From: Malacoraja senta
Taxonomy: Eukaryota
Reading direction: 5' to 3'
Assembly (NCBI GenBank): GCA_038087875.1
Contig: JAXLNO010000496.1
Span: 124,001-188,000 of the forward strand
Length of the DNA stretch: 64,000 nt
Positions 24,140 to 37,426 of this stretch are shown piece after piece. The translations under genes were made by a program, and so were the position numbers. The notes below the pieces were generated by a model. That model was not told the origin of the DNA, did no database searches, and was given only the letters and a program-made list of their open reading frames with translations. The first letter of the stretch is position 1. Each line of letters begins with the position of its first letter.

Positions 24140-25393
24140 TCAGAAGTCATCATTCAACGAAGCACGCTTTTAATGACAACATTCTTGGTCGATGTTCCAT
24201 CCTTCAGGAAAACCTTGACATTTCCCTTCATCTTTCCTCAGCTAAGAGCCACATATAGTTGTCCATGCTGAAATACCGGTTTGTCGAGGTAGATGGACAC
24301 CTGTATTGTTTGTCCTTGTGCTTTATGGATCGTCATAGCAAAACTTGATTGAATGGGGAATTGGGTTCGCTGAAGGGGAATGTCTTCACCTTCTGTAAAA
24401 ATGAGTGCTATCCTAGGAATGAGAACAATGTCATATTTGAAGGCTCCCATGTTGATTCTTGCAACGATCAGATTATTGTGTAGCTCTTCCACAATCATCC
24501 TCGTTCCATTGCATAGCTTTGGCGGCTCCAAGTTTCTCATTAATATGATTGGAGATCCTTTTTTCAACTCCAATTTGTGTGGTGGTAATCCAGAGAGCTC
24601 GAGTGAATCGAGGAATTCTGTTGGGAAGTGAGTATCATGAGTTCCCTCAGTGACAGCATTGAAAGAAAAGTACTCCTTAACGATTCCAGGGAAGCGTTTG
24701 ATGCATGTAGAATAGATGCTTCTCATGGTGTCGTTGTGAGGAACCAAGGTACAATTGTTGGAGAATAATTCTGCAGGATTGTCAAATGTTGGATACAATC
24801 CTCCAGTGCTTCTGCTGATAGAAGCATGTCTTGTGGGATTTCAATTTCATCGTCTTCATTCTTTTAAATCTTGTCTTCTCCAAGTTTCAACAAAAATTGA
24901 GAATAATCGACTTCTCCCTCTGTCAATCGCATTTTGTGTGCAATTGAAACTTGGTGAAAAGTCTCCACAAGTAGGATTTCTTGATGCAGGCATTTTCAAC
25001 ATCAGCATCATTTCCCCTTTTCACCACAGCAAGTAGTTGTCGAAAATCGCCACAACATATGATAAGAATGCTGCCAAAAGGCTTAGTGTTGCTGCAGACA
25101 TCTTGAAGAGTTCTGTCCACCGCTTCAAAGCTTTCTCTCCTAATCATTGGACATTCATCCCAAACAATGCCTTTCACTTGCCTCATGAAATGTGCCGTCT
25201 TAGAGTTCTTCTCGAAGTTGCAGAATGTATCCTCGGCCACTTGGATGGGTATCTTGAATGGAGAATGTGTAGTTCTTCCACCAGGCATTAACGTAGCTGC
25301 TATCCCAGAGGATGCTACAGCAATAGCCACATCACCTTGACCTCTAACTTTTCCAGACATGATGTCGAAAAAGCAGCCTAAAGACAATTTCAA
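24140..25393 (-). pseudogene. Helitron RepHel PIF1-family helicase fragments
   Basis: AVASSGIAATLMPGGRTTHS, IVWDECPM, GDFRQLL, LMRNL..LCNGTR, QFPIQSSFAMTIHKAQGQT, HGQLYVALS; frameshifts and stops. Confidence 0.93.
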
Positions 25394-26298
25394 TTGTTAA
25401 TGAACACTGAAGAATTTGTGCAAAACATTTTTTTGAGGCGGGGGCTGTCAGGGTGGGGTGGGGGTGGCAAATGTCCTGCAGCCAAGGGAGGGGGACAGCT
25501 TCAGGCGGGGGCTCTCATGGGCTGATGAGAAAGGGGGGGTGTCCTCCAGCGGGGGATGTAGGCGGCTTCAGTAGGGGGCAGGAGGGGGCGCATCCTACAG
25601 CCAGGCGGAGGGCAGTATCGAGGTGGGGGATGTCAGTGGGGGGGGGGGTGAGCGACTTACTCATGACCTCTAGACTCACTCACTGCCTTGGAATTAACTC
25701 ATGACCTTTGGACGGACTGACTGACTCATGGCTTGCGGACTGACTGACTTATGCCCGACTTTTGGAGTCACGTCCGACTTTTGTAAACTGAAAACAGTAA
25801 CATCCACATTGAGGAACAGCTTCTTCCTGACAGCCATCAGGCTATTAAACATAACAAATAAGCTCTGAACTACGAAATACTATATTATTTGTACTATTTG
25901 TTATTTGTTGATCATGCACACCCTCCACCTCACACAGACACACACAAACACAGACTCACTGACACACACACAGACTCATATACACACACACACAGACTCG
26001 TACACACACACAGACTCATAGACACATTCACACTTACACACATACTCATTCGCACACACACACACTCACAGACTCATTCACACACACACACACACAAAGA
26101 CTCATTCACACACAGATTCATTCACACATACACACACACAGACTCATTCACACAAACACACACACTCATTCACACACACACAGACTCATTCACACACACA
26201 CAGACTCATTCACACATACACACAGACTCATTCACAGCCTCACACACACAGACTAAATCACACACACACACAGACTCATTCACACATACACACAGACT

Positions 26299-26334
<36 letters not shown>

Positions 26335-26879
26335 GACTCATTCCACACACACACACTCTCATTCACACACACACTCATTCACACACTCACACACAGATTA
26401 AATCACACACTCACACACACATGCGCACACACAGACTCATTCACACTCACACATACACACACAGACTCATTCACACTCACACACCCAATACTGAAATGCT
26501 AAGTAACTTCAGAACGTGTTGAATATAGTGTGTAAAACAAATCTTTAAAGCCTGCTGTACAGGCTGCTGCTACTGAAGCAAAATCATGCTTTAAATAACG
26601 TCCAACAAACACACGCACCATAGACAGAGCAGTAAACTCCTGAATTATTCAACAGCGCCTGCACTCGGTGCCATCTTGATGTCACCCTCCCGCTGCTTGC
26701 CACGAACCGGAAATGATGCACTCAGTGGCAGCAGGCCACTAACTGGAAATGACGTCATCGGCGCCATCTTGCAACCAAGCGAAAATGACAGAATGAGCGC
26801 CAGTTTTGAAATTAAACACAGTTCTGATCTAATAAAATGTTTATTCACATTATCCATCCGAAAACTGTTGCAAGCAAGC

Positions 26880-27300
26880 CCTTTAAAAAGCCAGGCAATG
26901 GGGAAAAAAAACACTGAGCAAGCAAGCCGACAAAACACATCCGTCCGCTGAAAAGCACTTAAAAAAAGCCAGGCAATTGGGGAAAAAACACTGAGCAAGC
27001 CGACAAAACACATCGGTCCACTGAAAAGCACTTAAAAAAAACAAGCAATTGGGGAAAAAACACTGAGCAATCCGACAAAACACATCCGTCCGCTGAAAAG
27101 CACTTAAAAAAAGCCAATTAGGGCAAAACCACCCACCAAGCCGACAAAAGACATTAGTTTTGCTGAAAGCACTTTCAAAAAGCCAATTAGGGCAAAACCA
27201 CTCAGCAAGCCAACAACGCTGCTGAAAGCACTTTAAAAAAGCCAAGCAATTGGAGAAAAAACACTGAGCAAGCCGACAAAACACATCCGTTCGCTGAAAA
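26880..27300. repeat. ~65-bp tandem repeat inside Helitron (longer array at ~39800-40515 in copy B)
   Basis: Unit AAAAAAGCC..CAATT.GG.AAAA.CACT.AGCAAGCCGACAAAA.ACAT...GCTGAAAGCAC. Confidence 0.92.
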
Positions 27301-27313
27301 CCACATCGAGGGG

Positions 27314-27412
27314 ACTCACCGTGGAGTAGATTCGCAGCTCAGAGAGCCGTGACCCTCTGGCTTCCTGGGCCTGGCAGAGACTGAATGAGGCACGACACTT
27401 CCGGGTTTTATA
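27314..27412 (-). promoter_or_regulatory. Helitron 5' core-promoter-like module: TATA, ETS, Inr, splice donor
   Basis: TATAAAA 27412-27406, CCGGAAGT, TCAGT with A at 27382 (30 nt from TATA), ACG|GTGAGT at 27320; homologous modules at 1501, 2237, 3925, 4661 and 40626. Confidence 0.55.
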
Positions 27413-28799
27413 GTCCCTCCCCCTTCCGCCAGCGGGGGCAGCAGAGAGATTGGCGAATTATTTAAAAACATTAATATCTCTCTGATTTTTCATCGATGGG
27501 AAAAATCCACTGGTCCAGGAAGGCGGAGGGGGGCTCTGAGCGAGGTGGCCAAAAATGACGGCAGTAGGTGGCGGCATTCTCTCGGACATCACAGCACAGT
27601 GAGCCAAAAGCGGTCAAGATCAGACTTTTAGTAATATAGATGATTATGACTCATTGGCTCAATGCTCCATGGTTGTATGACTCCATAGACTATATGACTC
27701 TATGACGATGATGTTTTTCCTCCAATGTGTTCGTTTAGTACCACAAGTTATGTCACCTGACAACAATATGGGATCTGTTACTCTAATCATGGGTAGTAAA
27801 TTAAACATACTCGCCCGATTAGGCGCCATATTATTGATGCTATACCTGGGCAGCACCCTGCTTGCAATGCGATTTGTTGGAGGGAATTTTACGTTTAATG
27901 AGTATCCTGACTCTGGCATTCACATGGGGCTGGACAGTCACCCTCAGAACAGAAAAGCACGCAAAAAAATCCTAGCGAGCACTCGTAATTTTCTCATCGA
28001 AGTCGGTTTACTCAAGGCCTTCACAGTATACATATGGAAACACTCTGCGAAGACTCGCAATGTTTCACTGAATCACGGCACATAGACTTTTTAATAATTC
28101 TAAATTGATTCTTCAGTGAACTTTCAACTTTCTATTCAATATTAGATATAAGACCATTTGTCTGTCAAATGTGTACAAAAATGTAAGTTCTCTTCTCTCG
28201 TGGTTTGTTTTGTTGCTCTCAGCCTTGTTTTCGACGTTCTATCTTTATTTTACTTCAGCTGATGTGAAATATCCCTGCAACAACCGCGATTCTTCTGAAA
28301 TATCCCTGCAAGAAACACGATGTTTCTGAAATATCCCTGCAACCAACACGATTGCCATCCGTGTCTTCCCGAATGTAGGTTTTAATGTCACTCACACTTA
28401 TTCAAAGGTGACCTACAGCTCCGAGGTCTATATGCATCTCTGCCCCTGGGCAAACTTCCCTTGACAGGCGAGGACATGACGGACAGAGCCACATGATCAC
28501 TGTCATTTTTCCTGAGTTGGAAGACAGGTTCCGAATTCAGTGATGAAAAGGCGTCATTGAGCAACAGACAGATAGCACAGAACCGGGTTATTGTGTCGGC
28601 GTCGACCAACAATGGACTCGACAAACAGCAGCGTTGTTGGTGGAGAAGCTGCCTCAGTGACCCGTGTTTAATCTTGACATCAGATGATGCCTGGGGAAGA
28701 TTGGACGTTCTCACTCTGATAGTACATGTTTCCTCCTGGATGCTGTGGTTTCATCCCATGTTCCAGAGGACGTGCTGGTTAGCAGGTTAATTTACGTTT

Positions 28800-30400
28800 G
28801 GAGGCTTGAATATCTTCAGTGTTCCTGACTCCCAATTCCACAGCTTTCTGGCAGAGAAAATTATAAAGAAGGGTTGTCCTATTATTTATTTTAAATGAGA
28901 GACCCTTTATTCTGAAATTGTGCCCCAGTTTCATATCTGCCCAAGAAGAAATATCCCCACTGTATCAAGTTTCTTCCTGTTCAGAATCTTATTTCTTTAA
29001 AATTGTCTCTTTCTTTGAAACTCAGGTGAGTATGGGCTCAACCTCCTCACAGGTGCACCTCTTCATTCCAGGAATTGATCCAGTGAACCTTCTCCGCACG
29101 AACTCCAATGTCAATGTCTTTATGCAGTCTCCAGATGTGGTGCTACCAGCACCCTGTGCAGTTGCATCTAAACTTGCCTTCTGTTAACGTTCCAAACATC
29201 TGCAAATTTACACTGACTTTACATCGCGTTCATGTCATCAGGTAGAATTATGCCATTCAACACATCGAGTCTACTCCGCGATTCTCTCTTCTGATCTATC
29301 CTTCTCTCTGAAACCCATTTTCCTGCCTTCTCCCGATAACTTTTGACACCCGTAATCAAGAACCTTGTCAATCTCAGACATAATAAATACCCATGGACTT
29401 GGCACCCACAGCCGTTAAGACAGTGAATTCCACAGATACACCATGCTCTGACTAAAGATCTCAGTCAACGGAAAGACAATACATGATTATAATCGAGCAA
29501 TTTACATAGATAATGGAATAACGTTTAGTGTAATGTAATGCCAGCAAAATCTGATCCAGGATAGTCCGTGAGTCAGCAATGAGGTGGATAGTAGTTCAGG
29601 GCTGCTCTTTTGTTGTGGTAGGATGATTCAGTTGCCTAATAATAGCTGGGAAGAAACTGTTCCTTTATCTGGAGTTGTGCGATTTCACACTTCTATACCC
29701 TTTACCTGATGGGAGAGGGGAGAAGAGGGAGTGACCAGGCTGCAACTCGTCCTTGATTACGCTGCTGGCCTTGCCGGGGCAGAGTGAGGCATAAATTGAG
29801 TCAATGGAATGGAGGTTGGGTTGTGTGATGATCTGGGCTGCGTGTACAATTCACTGCAATCCTGATAAAAGGTTTTTTATAGACCACCTGTAGAATTTAG
29901 TGAGAGTTGTAGGGGACATGCCGACCCTCCTAAGCCTTCTATGAAAGTGGAGGCTTTGTTGTGTTTTCTTGGTCATTGCTTCAATATGGTCTTTGCTCCA
30001 GAAGAAGTTGTTGGTGATATTGACTCTGAGGAATTTGATGTTTTCAACTCATCTCGTTTCTAAAGGTATGAGCCTTCCTAATTATTTGCTCTACCTAAAC
30101 GTTTTAGTGTTGTAGAAATTACAGATTCCAATGTAAAATACCATATAATTTAGGTTTCAATTCTTCCAAATTGAATAACATCACATTTTCCTACGTTATA
30201 CTCCATTACATTCCATGTTTTGCCTTAACTCTTTACCTATTTAACTCATTTATAGATGATTCTGTCTCCTCACAGTGTACTGACCCATCAATCTGTTTAT
30301 CATCAGCAAAGTAGTGCCAGTTACTCACAGTCTTATCATATGTCATGTTTATATATTTAAATAGCAGAGGCCCAACTCGTCTCCATGCGGCAATCAAGTC
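28800..30400 (-). mobile_element. Stack of old CR1 and Rex1/Babar-like fragments (copy B ~45210-46800)
   Basis: Degenerate matches to the CR1 RT/3' end and Rex-type NSFFPAIIRQLN 3' end. Confidence 0.6.
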
Positions 30401-32389
30401 GTATCTACTAATTGTTAATCGGTTTTCAATATGTGCCTAATATGTGCATTGCCGATGTTGTGAATGTTTTGTGATGATCGCCACGGCAGGGTACCCAGGT
30501 TTTGATTTACTCTGAAGCAGGGTCTCGACCCGAAACGTCACCCATTCCTTCTCTCCAGAGTTGCTGCCTGGCCCACTGAGTTACTCCAACATTTTGTGTC
30601 TATCTTTGATTTACACTTGATGGAACACTATTCACATGACCGGATTAGTTCAGTTCTGGTCTGTGGATGGTGGGCAGTTGTGTGACGGCCATTGACTGTG
30701 AAAATTGAGTAGTTGAACTCTGTCCTGTTGGAAATATTCATTGCCTGAAAATGGTGTGATGTGAATGTAGCTCACCTCTGCCTGGCCCTTAATACTTTCT
30801 TGGTCTTGATTCAAGGTACTGCCCTCGAGCTACAACCCCCTATTTTTAGACCACTGGAGGGTGCACCTTCTCGGTGGGACAGGTGGTACCCAGCAATTGT
30901 GATGGAAAGTTCGGTCTCCCTGTTTGTGAAGTTTGATTCTGGGTGACTTTCACTGTGTCATGTTGTTGGTGGACTCAGTAATATGGGGTTTATCCAAGTT
31001 GAGGCAGAGGTCCCCTGACGTTTGTGTGGAGAACTTTGCACAGACTGGTCTGAGTGGTTCTTGCATGTTCACTGCCTTGTATGTATCTGAATAAACAGCC
31101 TGTTATATTAATTTAACTGTGTAAAGCAGGGAACTTAAAAATGTCATCGTGCAATTCAATAATGGGTGAATGGTCTTTGGTGTATGTTACGGCATATTTT
31201 CATCATTGTACCGATTTCATTGGCCTGCCGCTGTGGATGCAACAGACCTCCATATTCAGTTCAACTATAACTGAGTGTGGAATTACTGAATGCACTGAGG
31301 TCTAGTTTGGGATAAAGCAAACATTGGATTTGCTGCTTGTGTTTAGAAAATGTATCTCAATATTCAAGATTCATCTTTGTTGTAATGAAGTATAGCAGGA
31401 ATGTTTTTACTTTTCAGTTACCTGTGGTGAGCAACTTCCTCCATTGACAGGGCAACAGTGGTGCAGGAAAAGTTACACATTGTGTAGGATGGAACTGCAG
31501 ATACTGGTTTAAATCGTAGGTAGACACAGAATGCTGGAGTAACTCAGCGGGACAGACAGCATCTCTGGAGAGAAGGAATGGGTGACATTTCTGGTCCCGT
31601 TCCTTTTTCAGACATTACACATTGTTATCTTACTCTGACCGCTGCCCTTTAGCAGAGAGAGTTCAGCTTTTGGAGCTGATGCAATAGAATGATAGTGGGA
31701 GAAGAACAGGCGTTGCCTTCATCTTCTGTGGAATAGGGTTGTATACAGGTCACTGCAAAAAGTGTGAATAAATTAGTGGAGTGAATGTAAATACTCCATT
31801 TAGAAAAAGGCCGTTTGAGTAGGGATGTTGCAATCATTCTACAGCAGTAATTACATATTGATTAAAATCAAAAGTGCAGAAGATTAAATTTGTAATGAAA
31901 AACAGAAGACGCTGGAAGCACACTTGGATCAGGCAGCTTCTGTGGGCCGGACCAGTTCTGATGAATGGTCTGTATTCTACCTGGAAGGTTAACTGTTTCT
32001 TTCTTCAGATGCTGCCTGGCGGCCTATTGTCCTTTCATATAAATGTCGCGTTCACTGCTGCTGTGGAAGAAAATAGCAGATAGCTGTGCCTGGCAATGTC
32101 CCACATACCAATGGGATAATGAATATGTTATGTGCTTAGTTTAGGAAAGAGGTTTGGTTAAAATACGTTATAGGGAAATAGCAGGAGACTCCTTTCCTCA
32201 ACGAGGTGATTTCAGGATAAGAGGTTTACCCATTTAATTCTGACCTAGATTTTTCAGGCATGATGTTGGAGGATTAGTAAATATCCCCAAACGGACTGGA
32301 TCACTGCCATTCACCTGCCATTGCCACAGGTCCAGGACAAATGCCTTCTCGCTGGAAATGCACTCGCCTATGAAATATATGGATATCAA

Positions 32390-33390
32390 ACATAGAAGAT
32401 AGGTGCAGGCCATTCGGCCCTATGTGTCATACCCGCCATTCAAAATGATCATGGCTGATCATCCAAAATTAATAACCAGTTCCTGCTTTCCCCCCATATC
32501 CCTTGATCCTGTTAGACCTAAGAGCTAAATCTAACTCTCTCTTGAAAACATCCAGTGAATTGGCCTCCACTGCCTCCTGTGGCAGAGAATTCCACAGATT
32601 CACAACTCCCTGGGTGAAAAAGTTTTTCCTCGTCACTGTCCTAAATGGGAGTTGTAAATTGTAACCCTTGGTTCTGGACTCCCTCAACACCGGAAACATT
32701 TTTCCTTCATCTAGCCTGTCCAAACCCTTAAGAATTGTATATGTTTCTATAAGATATCCTCTCATCCGTCTAAATTCCAGTCAATATAAGGCAGTTGATC
32801 CATTCTTTCATCATATGTCAGTACCGCCATCCCGGGTATTAACCTTGTGAACCTACGCTGCACACCCTCAACAGCAAGAATGTCCTTCCTTAAATTAGGG
32901 GACCAAAACGGCACACAATACTCCAGGTGTGGTCTCACCAGGGCTCTGTACAACTGCAGTAGAACCTTCTTGCTCCTATACTCAAATCCTCTCGCTATGA
33001 AGGCCAACATGCCATTTGTTTTCTTCACTGCCTGCTGTACCTGCATGTTTACCTTCAGTGACTAGTGTACAAGCACACCCAGGTCTCGTTGCACCTCCCC
33101 TTTTCCTAATCTAACACCATTCAGATAATAATCTGCCTTCATGTTGTTGCCACCAAAGTGGATAACTTCCCATTTATCCACATTATACTGCATCTGCCAT
33201 GCATCTGCCTACTCCAACAACCTATTCTTGTCACCCTGAAGCCTCCTCGCAGCTGACACTGCCACCCAGCTTAGTGTCATCCGCAAACCAACCTGGAGTT
33301 GTTACATTTAATTCCTTCGTCTAAATCGTACATATTGAATTCCTTTGTCTACATCGTTAATATTGAATTAATTCATCTAAATCGTTAATA
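32390..33390 (-). mobile_element. 5'-truncated CR1 fragment (copy B ~48808-49810)
   Basis: VRPHLEYCVPFWSPNLRKDI, FFTQGVVNLWNSLP. Confidence 0.92.
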
Positions 33391-33619
33391 TAAAGTGAAT
33401 TTATCAAGGTGACTTGCATCAGACTCCTATTTATTGACAATAGCTCCACCTTCAACACCGTTATTTCAAGCAAACTCTTGAACCAAGACTTTGTATCCCT
33501 CTCTGAAACTAGATCATTGACTTCTTGAACCATAGACTGCATTCAGTAAGGATCGGTAACAAAATATCTTCCTTGATAATTCTCAATAACAGTGCAGCCT
33601 AAGGCTACATTCTCAGCCC

Positions 33620-34141
33620 TAATGCCCCTGTCCCACTTAGGAAACCCGAATGGAAACCTCTGGAGACTTTGCGCCCCACCCAAGGTTTCCGTGCGGTTCC
33701 TGGAGGTTTTTGTCAGTCTCCCTAATGGTCGAATGTGGTTTCCGCTTCTTCTATGTTCCGGCGATTATTTCAAAAAATTGCTAGTTCAAGGTGGTTGCCG
33801 GAGGTTGCAGGTAGTGGAAGGTAAGACCTCCCTGGTAGAATAAAACTGGGTGAAAAAAAGGTCTTACCTTCCACTACCTGCAACCTCCGGCAACCACCTT
33901 CAACTAGCATCGCAACCGGCTTCGACTAAAAAATTACCGATTTTTAAAACGGCAACCTATTTTAAGTCGTGGCCGGTTTTGAATTTTTTAAAATAATCGC
34001 CGGAACATAGAAGAAACGGAAACTACTTTCGACCATTAGGGAGACTGACAAAAACCTCCGGGAACCGCACGGAAACCTTGGGTGGGACGCAAAGTCTCCA
34101 GAGGTTTCTGTTCAGGTTTCCTAAGTGGGACAGGGGCATTA
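33620..34141. mobile_element. Palindromic MITE inserted in a Rex/L2-like fragment
   Basis: TAATGCCCCTGTCCCACTTAGGAAAC...GTTTCCTAAGTGGGACAGGGGCATTA; ~155-bp TIRs; TA or TWA target, superfamily uncertain (PIF/Harbinger-like?). Confidence 0.88.
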
Positions 34142-35121
34142 CTATCTGTACACTCACAAACGTGCGATCAAATTCTGTTCTAACTCAATTTACAAGTTTG
34201 CAAATGACACGACTGTAGAGGGCCTACTCTCAAACAATAAGGAGACAGTGTACAGGTATGTGATAGAATGTTGTGTCATGGTCTGAAGCTAACAACCTCT
34301 TCCATGATGCCAGCAAAACGTAGGAGAAAGTTGTTAATTTAAGGAAGCGAGTTGGTGTACACGCCAATGTCAGCATCAATGGTTTTGAACAGAAAAAATG
34401 TATGAGAACTCCAAACTCCGAGGCATAAATACCAGCAACTATTTCTCCTGTTACAACTAGATTGAAGTGGTTGGCAAGAACGCGCACCAATGCCTTTGCT
34501 TCCTCGGAAGACAATGTAAATTCAGTATGTCCTCAATGACACTTCGGAATGGCTACGAATGCACCACAGAAAGCATCCTATCATGTTGCATCTTCATTTG
34601 TCATCAGCTCTGCCGAAGTCCGCAGGAAATTGAAGAAAGTTGTTGACGTACGTCTTCCAACACCCAAACCAGTCTCCGCTTCCTGCCCCCCCCTTCAGCT
34701 CCATCTATATTGATGGTGCCATAGCAAAGCAGCCAGCATCACAAAGTACCAGACACAACCCGATCATTTCCTCTTCTCCTCCTCTCTCCCAGGAGATACA
34801 AAGGCTAGAAAACATCTTTCCCTGTCGTGAATCTGTCGTATTTATTCCCAATCTTCTAATCTACTTCCTGGTTGACGTCGCACTTCATTGTTATCTGAAC
34901 TTACTCTGTTGTTATGATATTTCATTCAGTATTCTGTGTATTTCTTCTTTTGCACAACCTGCAGTATTAAAACAAAAGCCACGAAATGCTGGAGTAAATG
35001 AGCAGGCCCGGGCCTACCCCTTACCGACAGCGCTCTGTCTCACCATTCCTCTCTTCCAGATTTATTGCCAACCTCCACCCCAATCTCTGCAAACAGTCTG
35101 AAGAAGTGTTCCGACCTCAAT

Positions 35122-36165
35122 TGTGTAAGAAGGAACTGCAGATGCGGGTTTGAACCGAAGATAAACACAAAAAGCTGGAGTAACTCAGCAGGACAGGCAG
35201 TATCTGGGCAGAGAAGGAGTGAGTGACGTTTTGGGTTCAGACGCTTCTTCAGACTGGTTAGGGATAAGGGAAACGAAACATATAGACGGTGATGTGGAGA
35301 CAAAAGGCCCTCACTAGTGTCTCCATGGTACCCCGCAGCTCAACTCTTGCTTCCCCTCCCCCTAGTCGCAAGAGAGACAGTCCCCCTAGTCCTTCGTTTC
35401 TACTCCATCAGCCGTCGCATTCAACAAATAATACTCCGAAATTGCCGCCACATTCAACTGGAGACCACTACTATCCACATTTTCCCATCTCCACCCCTTT
35501 TCACCTTCCGCAGACTGTTACCTCCGCACCTCCGTGGTTAACTGGTCCCTTCCTACCCAAACCACTCCCCCACAGGTACCTTCCCCTGCAACCGCAGAAG
35601 ATGCAACACCTGTCCCTATACCTCCTCCCTCGACTCTGTCCAGGGACCATGACAGTCTTTTCAGGTTAGACAGAGGTTCACTTGTAGTTCCTCCAACCTC
35701 ATCTACTCATTCAGTTGTTCAAGATGTGGATTCTTATACATTGGCGGGCGAGACCAAACACAGACTGGGCGATCGTTTCGCGGAACACCTTCACTCAGAC
35801 CACGTGAACCAACCTGATCTCCCAGTTGCTGGACACTTTAATTCTCCTTCCCATTCCCACACAGACCTTTCTGTCCTCGGTCTCCTCCATTGTCAGAGTG
35901 ATGCCAAATTGGAGGAACAGCATCTCATATTTCTCTTGGGCAGCTTACAGCCCAGTGGTATGAATATTGATTTATCTCACTTCAGGCAGCCCCGGCATTC
36001 CCTCTCTCTCTATCCCTCGCCCAACAAAGTCGCACCAGCTTCTCATTTTCACCCAACAAACAGCTAAAAATGACCTGTTTCCTTTATCATCGTCACGTTT
36101 TAGCATTCATCTTTCATTCATTGTTCTTTATCTCTCCACATCACCGTCTATATATGTCGTTTCCG
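35122..36165 (+). mobile_element. Penelope-like element, 3' end cut by the duplication junction
   Basis: GIY-YIG remnant GETKHRLGDRFAEH...VAGHFN...EEQHLIFLLGSLQPSGMN; inverted terminal repeat at ~35122-35300. Confidence 0.9.
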
Positions 36166-37426
36166 CTTTTCACCACAGCAAGTAGTTGTCGAAAAGCGCC
36201 ACAACATATGATAATAATGCTGCCAAAAGGCTTAGTGTTGCTGCAGACATCTTGAAGAGTTCTGTCCACCGCTTCAAAGCTTTCTCTCCTAATCATTGGA
36301 CATTCATCCCAAACAATCACTTTCACTTGCCTCATGAAATGTGCCGTCTTAGAGTTCTTCTCGAAGTTGCAGAATGTATCCTCGGCCACTTGGATGGGTA
36401 TCTTGAATCGAGAATGTGTAGTTCTTCCACCAGGCATTAATGTAGCTGCTATCCCAGAGGATGCTACAGCAATAGCCACATCAACTTGACCTCTAACTTT
36501 TCCTGACATGATGTCGAAAAAGCAGCCTAAAGACAATTTCAGTTGTTAATGAACTGAAGAATTTGTGCAAAACATTTTTTGGAGGCGGGGGGCTGTCAGG
36601 GTGGGGTGGGGGTGGCATATGTCGTGCAGCCAAGGGAGGGGGACAGCTTCAGGCGGGGGCTCTCGTGGGCTGATGAGAAAGGGGGGTGTCCTCCAGCGGG
36701 GGATGTAGGCGGCTTCAGTAGGGGGCAGGAGGGGGCGCATCCTATAGCCAGGCGGAGGGCAGTATCGAGGTGGGGGATGTCAGTGGGGGGGGGGGTGAGC
36801 GACTTACTCATGACGTCTATTAAACTTAACAAATAAGCTCTGAACAACGAAATACTATGTTATTTGTACTATTTGTTATTTGTTGATCATGCACACCCTC
36901 CACCTCACACAGACACACACAAACACAGACTCACTGACACACACACAGACTCATATACACACACACAGACTCATACACACACACACAGACTCATAAGACT
37001 CATTCACACTTACACACACACAGACTCATTCGCACATACACACACACTCACACTCATTCACACACACACACACACACACACAAAGACTCATTCCACACAC
37101 ACACAGACTCATTCACACACACACACTGATTCACACTCACACACACACACACAGACTCATTCACACACTCACACACACAGATTAAATCACACACTCACAC
37201 ACACACTCACACACATGCACACACACAGACTCATTCACACTCACACACACACACACATACTCATTCACACACACACATACACACACAGACTCATTCACAC
37301 TCACACACCCAATACTAAAATGCCAAGTAACTTCAGAACGTGTTGAATATAGTGTGTAAAACAAATCTTTAAAGCCTGCTGTACAGGCTGCTGCTATTGA
37401 AGCAAAATCATGCTTTAAATAACGTC

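Larger units (their letters stand above)
23265..27640 (-). mobile_element. Internally deleted Helitron with both termini and PIF1 helicase remnant
   Basis: A|TCTATATTACTAAAAG at 27640; GGGACCC-aac-GGGTCCC hairpin plus CTAG|T at 23265; no Rep (HUH) motifs seen. Confidence 0.93.

Noticed and set aside
27702..28085. 127-aa ORF with a hydrophobic stretch, present in both duplicate copies
   Set aside because: Conservation is explained by recent duplication; no recognisable homology or clear splice support
28388..28714. Minus-strand 108-aa ORF ending near a GTGAGT donor
   Set aside because: No NACHT, CARD, PYD or LRR motif recognised; cannot be linked to the LRR exons from sequence alone
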